A stretch of DNA of 11,999 bases from assembly GCA_050309605.1 (NCBI GenBank), contig JBNRMN010000016.1:1-11999 (forward strand), in the 5' to 3' direction. The position numbers and the translations under genes were made by a program. The notes under the pieces were generated by a model. That model was not told where the DNA came from. It worked only from the letters and a program-made list of their open reading frames with translations, and did not search any database. The DNA comes from Anaerohalosphaeraceae bacterium (GTDB lineage: Bacteria > Planctomycetota > Phycisphaerae > Sedimentisphaerales > Anaerohalosphaeraceae). Below are positions 8,809-11,999 of the stretch, one piece after another; the first letter of the stretch is position 1, and every line of letters begins with the position of its first letter.

Positions 8809-9060
8809 ATGCAGACCGACAAGGAGACACAATCGATGCCGCTTGTACAAGTACCGGCCGGAAAGACCGTCGAAGTCGTTTTCATTGATGCCGGACACGG
8901 GTTGAAAAATCGCCTTGCTTCAATGGGTATTTTGACTCATTCAACGTTTCAGGTACTGCGTAACGAAGGGGCCGGCCGGCTCATCGTCGGTATTAAAAAC
9001 AGCAAAGTTGTCATCGGACGCGGTGCATCCGGTAAAATTTTTGTCCGCGAGTGTGAATAA
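8809..9060 (+). CDS. feoA: Ferrous iron transport protein A
   Basis: MPLVQVPAGKTVEVVFIDAGHGLKNRLASMGI...VVIGRGASGKIFV is a FeoA SH3-like pattern directly upstream of feoB. The start is uncertain: ATG 8809 (AAGGA) or 8836 (AAGGAG) are better supported than 8767. Confidence 0.9.
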   Translation: MQTDKETQSMPLVQVPAGKTVEVVFIDAGHGLKNRLASMGILTHSTFQVLRNEGAGRLIVGIKNSKVVIGRGASGKIFVRECE

Positions 9061-9074
9061 TTTTTTTAGACACC

Positions 9075-9094
9075 AAGTTAGGCAAGCCTAACTT
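9075..9094. promoter_or_regulatory. DtxR/MntR-family operator 2 between feoA and feoB
   Basis: Perfect inverted repeat AAGTTAGGC-AA-GCCTAACTT with the TTAG-N6-CTAA core, 4 nt upstream of the feoB RBS. Confidence 0.8.
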
Positions 9095-9113
9095 ACACAG
9101 AGGAATGTTTTCG

Positions 9114-11198
9114 ATGGACCCAAAAAAAGAGATTCGTGTCGCTTTGGCCGGCAATCCCAACAGCGGAAAAACCACCGTGTTTAATCTGCTGACCGGTGCG
9201 CGGCGACACGTCGGCAATTATCCAGGCGTAACGGTCGAAAAGGTTGAAGGACGGCGCGACTATAAAGAATTTTCACTGCGTTTTGTCGATTTGCCAGGTA
9301 CCTACAGTCTGGCGGCCTATTCCACCGAAGAACTGGTCGCCCGGCATTTTATATTGGATGAAAAACCCGATGTAGTCGTTGATGTGCTGGATGCTTCCAA
9401 TCCGGAGCGGCACTTATATCTGGCCACGCAATTGATGGAAATGCGCACGCCGCTGGTACTGGCCTTTAATATGTCCGATGTCGCACAAAGCCGGGGGCTG
9501 GAATTTGATTTGAAACACCTGGAGAGTCTGCTTGGTGCGCGTATTGTGCCGATGGTGGCCAGCAAGGGCAAAGGAATGAACGATCTGCTGGACGCCGTCA
9601 TCGAAACCGCGGCCGACAAGACGCCCATCACGCCGCCGATAAACTATGGCAAGGATATTGAGGCCGAACTGTCCCGGATTGAACACCTCCTGATCGAATC
9701 CGATTGCGAGGTGTCAGCCCGGTACGGAAGCCGATGGGTGGCCTTGAAACTTCTCGAAGGCGATGCGGAACTATGCGGTCGCGTGAAACATTCGGATATT
9801 TTGAAAGACGTTGAGGCCGCTCAGGTTCGGCTTAAAACCATTCTCGGCGACAGTGCGGACATCTTGATTGCCGACCGACGCTACGGGTTTATCAGCGGCG
9901 CCTGCCAGGAAGCGATCAAGCACACCGTCCTGACCCGCCACGACATCAGCGACAAGGTGGATCTGGTGCTGACGCATCGCTGGCTGGGACTGCCGATATT
10001 CGGGGTGCTGATGTATCTGGTGTTTTATCTGACGTTTACGCTGGGCGAATATCCGATGGGGTGGCTGGAAACGTTTTTTGATTGGCTGGGTACGGCAATC
10101 GTCGCCGTTTGGCCGGGCGAAAACCTGCTCTGGCTGCAATCGCTGCTGGTTGACGGCGTCATCGCCGGCGTCGGCGGGGTCGTGGTCTTTCTGCCGAACA
10201 TTCTCTTTCTGTTTTTGGGTATCGCTTTTCTTGAGGATACAGGCTACATGGCTCGCGCGGCCTTTATTATGGATCGCATTATGCACAAGATCGGTCTGCA
10301 CGGCAAAAGCTTCATTCCGATGCTCATCGGCTTTGGCTGCTCGATTCCGGCGATTATGGCTACACGCATTCTGGAAAACCGCCGCAACCGGCTGGCTACC
10401 ATGCTGGTGATTCCACTGATGAGCTGCGGAGCGCGCATTCCGATTTATGCGCTGCTGATCCCGGCGTTCTTCCCCCCCCACTGGCGCGGGCCGGTGATGT
10501 GGCTGATTTATATTATCGGAATTGTCGCGGCTATCCTCTGCATCAATCTGCTGAGGCGATCTATACTCAAGGGCGAATCCGTTCCGTTTGTGATGGAATT
10601 GCCGCCCTACCGGATGCCGACATGGAAAGGTCTGTTTATCCATATGTGGGATCGCGGCTGGATGTATTTGAGAAAAGCCGGAACGATTATTCTCGGTTTA
10701 TCCATCGTTTTGTGGTTGTTAATGAGTTACCCGACACCGCCACAAGGGCGGTTTGATCACCTGACGGCGGAAGAACAATACGCTGCCGGCCTGCAATATT
10801 CGGTTGCCGGCCGCATCGGTAAAGCGATGGAGCCGGTGATTCGACCGATGGGTTTTGACTGGAAGATCGGCACCGCGCTGGTCGGCGCAACCATGGCCAA
10901 AGAAGTTTTTGTAACGCAATTGAGCATCGTCTATTCGCTCGGCGACGAGGAGGAAGACGAAGAAACGCTTTCTCTGCTTCGTCAGCGGCTGCGGGCGGAC
11001 TATTCGCCGCTTCAGGGGTTTTGCATCATGTTGTTTTGTTTGCTCAGCACACCGTGTATTGCAACGGTGGCAATTACACGCAAGGAGTCCGGAAGATGGA
11101 GATGGGCCTTATTCCAGTTTTTCGGTCTGACGGCGATGGCCTATGTTGTGACCACAGCGGTCTTTCAAATCGGCAGTTTGGTACAGTCGTTAATCTGA
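9114..11198 (+). CDS. feoB: Ferrous iron transport protein B
   Basis: G1 GNPNSGKT, GNYPGVT, G3 DLPGTYS, G4 NMSD, and membrane-domain motifs LEDTGYMARAAF, GFGCSIPA, MSCGAR, FVMELPPY, AKEVFV and TPCIAT. ATG 9114 is better spaced from RBS AGAGGA (9099-9104) than ATG 9105. Confidence 0.98.
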   Translation: MDPKKEIRVALAGNPNSGKTTVFNLLTGARRHVGNYPGVTVEKVEGRRDYKEFSLRFVDLPGTYSLAAYSTEELVARHFILDEKPDVVVDVLDASNPERHLYLATQLMEMRTPLVLAFNMSDVAQSRGLEFDLKHLESLLGARIVPMVASKGKGMNDLLDAVIETAADKTPITPPINYGKDIEAELSRIEHLLIESDCEVSARYGSRWVALKLLEGDAELCGRVKHSDILKDVEAAQVRLKTILGDSADILIADRRYGFISGACQEAIKHTVLTRHDISDKVDLVLTHRWLGLPIFGVLMYLVFYLTFTLGEYPMGWLETFFDWLGTAIVAVWPGENLLWLQSLLVDGVIAGVGGVVVFLPNILFLFLGIAFLEDTGYMARAAFIMDRIMHKIGLHGKSFIPMLIGFGCSIPAIMATRILENRRNRLATMLVIPLMSCGARIPIYALLIPAFFPPHWRGPVMWLIYIIGIVAAILCINLLRRSILKGESVPFVMELPPYRMPTWKGLFIHMWDRGWMYLRKAGTIILGLSIVLWLLMSYPTPPQGRFDHLTAEEQYAAGLQYSVAGRIGKAMEPVIRPMGFDWKIGTALVGATMAKEVFVTQLSIVYSLGDEEEDEETLSLLRQRLRADYSPLQGFCIMLFCLLSTPCIATVAITRKESGRWRWALFQFFGLTAMAYVVTTAVFQIGSLVQSLI

Positions 11199-11217
11199 TT
11201 TTCTGTTTTGAACGATT

Positions 11218-11397
11218 ATGTCTATTAACACGGCCCCAAAAAACAAGGTTAAAACGGCTTTGCCAAGTGCGTCCTCGCCGCCGGTTTACCGCATCGAACA
11301 GCTTTTCGGCGGTGCACGGCAGGTGCGTTTACTGCATAAAGGGAATGAATATCGGCTCAGTATCACCAAAGCGGATAAATTGATATTAACCAAATGA
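11218..11397 (+). CDS. hemP: Hemin uptake protein HemP/HmuP family, 59 aa (absent from the ORF track)
   Basis: Translated by hand: MSINTAPKNKVKTALPSASSPPVYRIEQLFGGARQVRLLHKGNEYRLSITKADKLILTK*. It carries the family pattern LF.G...V...H.G..YRL..T...KLILTK at the extreme C-terminus and starts 19 bp after the feoB stop. Confidence 0.92.
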   Translation: MSINTAPKNKVKTALPSASSPPVYRIEQLFGGARQVRLLHKGNEYRLSITKADKLILTK

Positions 11398-11422
11398 CAG
11401 AATAAAACAGATACATTAAAAA

Positions 11423-11453
11423 AGCCAGCCAATTGCTCTGCAATAGCCAGCCA
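11423..11453 (+). repeat. AGCCAGCCA direct repeats flanking a mini-hairpin (candidate HemP/HmuP-responsive element)
   Basis: AGCCAGCCA occurs at 11423-11431 and 11445-11453 (22-nt period), separated by the inverted repeat ATTGC-TCT-GCAAT. It sits between hemP and the next gene. Confidence 0.7.
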
Positions 11454-11486
11454 TATCAAAGATAACCTTTTTGGAAAGGAACGTGT

Positions 11487-11891
11487 ATGGTTGGCAAAAA
11501 CAGTTTGCCTTATTGGCCGGCGGTATGGGGGTTGGTGCTTGCGGCGGGGGTTGTCGCCTCGGCCCAGTCGCATGGGAATGAAATAGACACAGCAGTCATT
11601 CAGCATCGACTGGAACAATTGCAGGATGAGATGAATCAGTTAAAGGCGATGCTCTCGCATCAACAGGTCGAACAGGAACGTACTCGACAGGAGCTTGAAA
11701 CCTATCGTCAAAAGGTTGAGGCACAGGAGACGCTGCGTGCTGCCGAACAGGATCGGCTGCATCTTGGCGGTTACGGCGAGATCAAAGGAAAATTCAGGCA
11801 AGGCAGCGATGCGGATTTTGCGGATATTCATCGCCTTGTCCTGGAAATCGGGTATGATTTTTCAGACTGGATCAGTACTGTCCGGTTATAA
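11487..11891 (+). pseudogene. Outer-membrane porin-like beta-barrel protein, truncated by IS insertion at about 11873
   Basis: RBS GAAAGGA, signal peptide (...VLAAGVVASA), a coiled-coil segment, then LHLGGYGE...DIHRLVLEIGYDFSDWI, which is the start of a porin-like barrel. The last residues STVRL* are encoded by the IS terminal repeat. Confidence 0.75.
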
Positions 11892-11999
11892 GTCGAACAA
11901 GGACAGTTGGTTATGGTTTTGTTGTTCTTTGACAATATAGTGATCTCCCGTAAGTGCTTGTTTTAGCGGAGTTTTCTCGAAAAGCAGGATGCTGACAAT
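11873..11999 (-). mobile_element. Right end of an IS4-family insertion sequence (IS4Sa-like / DUF4372-type)
   Basis: Terminal sequence CAGTACTGTCCGGTTA (minus strand TAACCGGACAGTACTG, overlapping the transposase stop) resembles the CA-starting ends of this group. It coincides with the abrupt break in the porin-like gene. Confidence 0.8.
11886..11999 (-). CDS. C-terminal end of an IS4-family transposase (partial, runs off the right edge)
   Basis: Minus strand reads IVSILLFEKTPLKQALTGDHYIVKEQQNHNQLSLFDL*. The LFEKTPL.QAL...NQL.LF tail is characteristic of these transposases, recognised from memory. Confidence 0.8.
   Translation of the reverse strand: MVSILLFEKTPLKQALTGDHYIVKEQQNHNQLSLFDL

Noticed and set aside
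9771..10643. 290-aa minus-strand ORF
   Set aside because: Antisense shadow of the feoB membrane domain with no protein-like features.
11021..11618. Track ORFs 11021..11383 (+) and 11286..11618 (-)
   Set aside because: They overlap feoB, hemP and the porin gene in other frames. The hemP frame explains the region.
1..11999. CRISPR array or composite transposon
   Set aside because: No regularly spaced repeats were seen, and the two flanking IS ends belong to different families.

Overview
Bacterial chromosomal window of moderately high GC. A Gram-negative anaerobe such as a Phycisphaerae-type planctomycete is my impression from gene content, not an established assignment. The window is bounded by two insertion-sequence ends: an IS66-like end at 1-122 and an IS4-like end at 11873-11999. 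Between them, from left to right, are tRNA-Val(GAC) with a sigma70-like promoter and a ~540 bp hairpin-rich non-coding tract. Four minus-strand genes follow: a small membrane-anchored hypothetical, an iron-sulfur flavoprotein, a DegT-family aminotransferase, and a very large tandem GH146/GH127-like beta-L-arabinofuranosidase fusion whose signal peptide is out of frame at a T8 tract. A plus-strand iron-uptake cluster comes last: DtxR-family regulator, feoA, feoB, a 59-aa hemP/hmuP missed by the ORF track, a leader with AGCCAGCCA direct repeats, and a porin-like outer-membrane gene truncated by the IS4 element. Two palindromic DtxR-type operators are visible. The most interesting items are the DtxR-Feo-HemP-repeat-porin module, the frameshifted double glycosidase and a non-canonical C33 in the tRNA.
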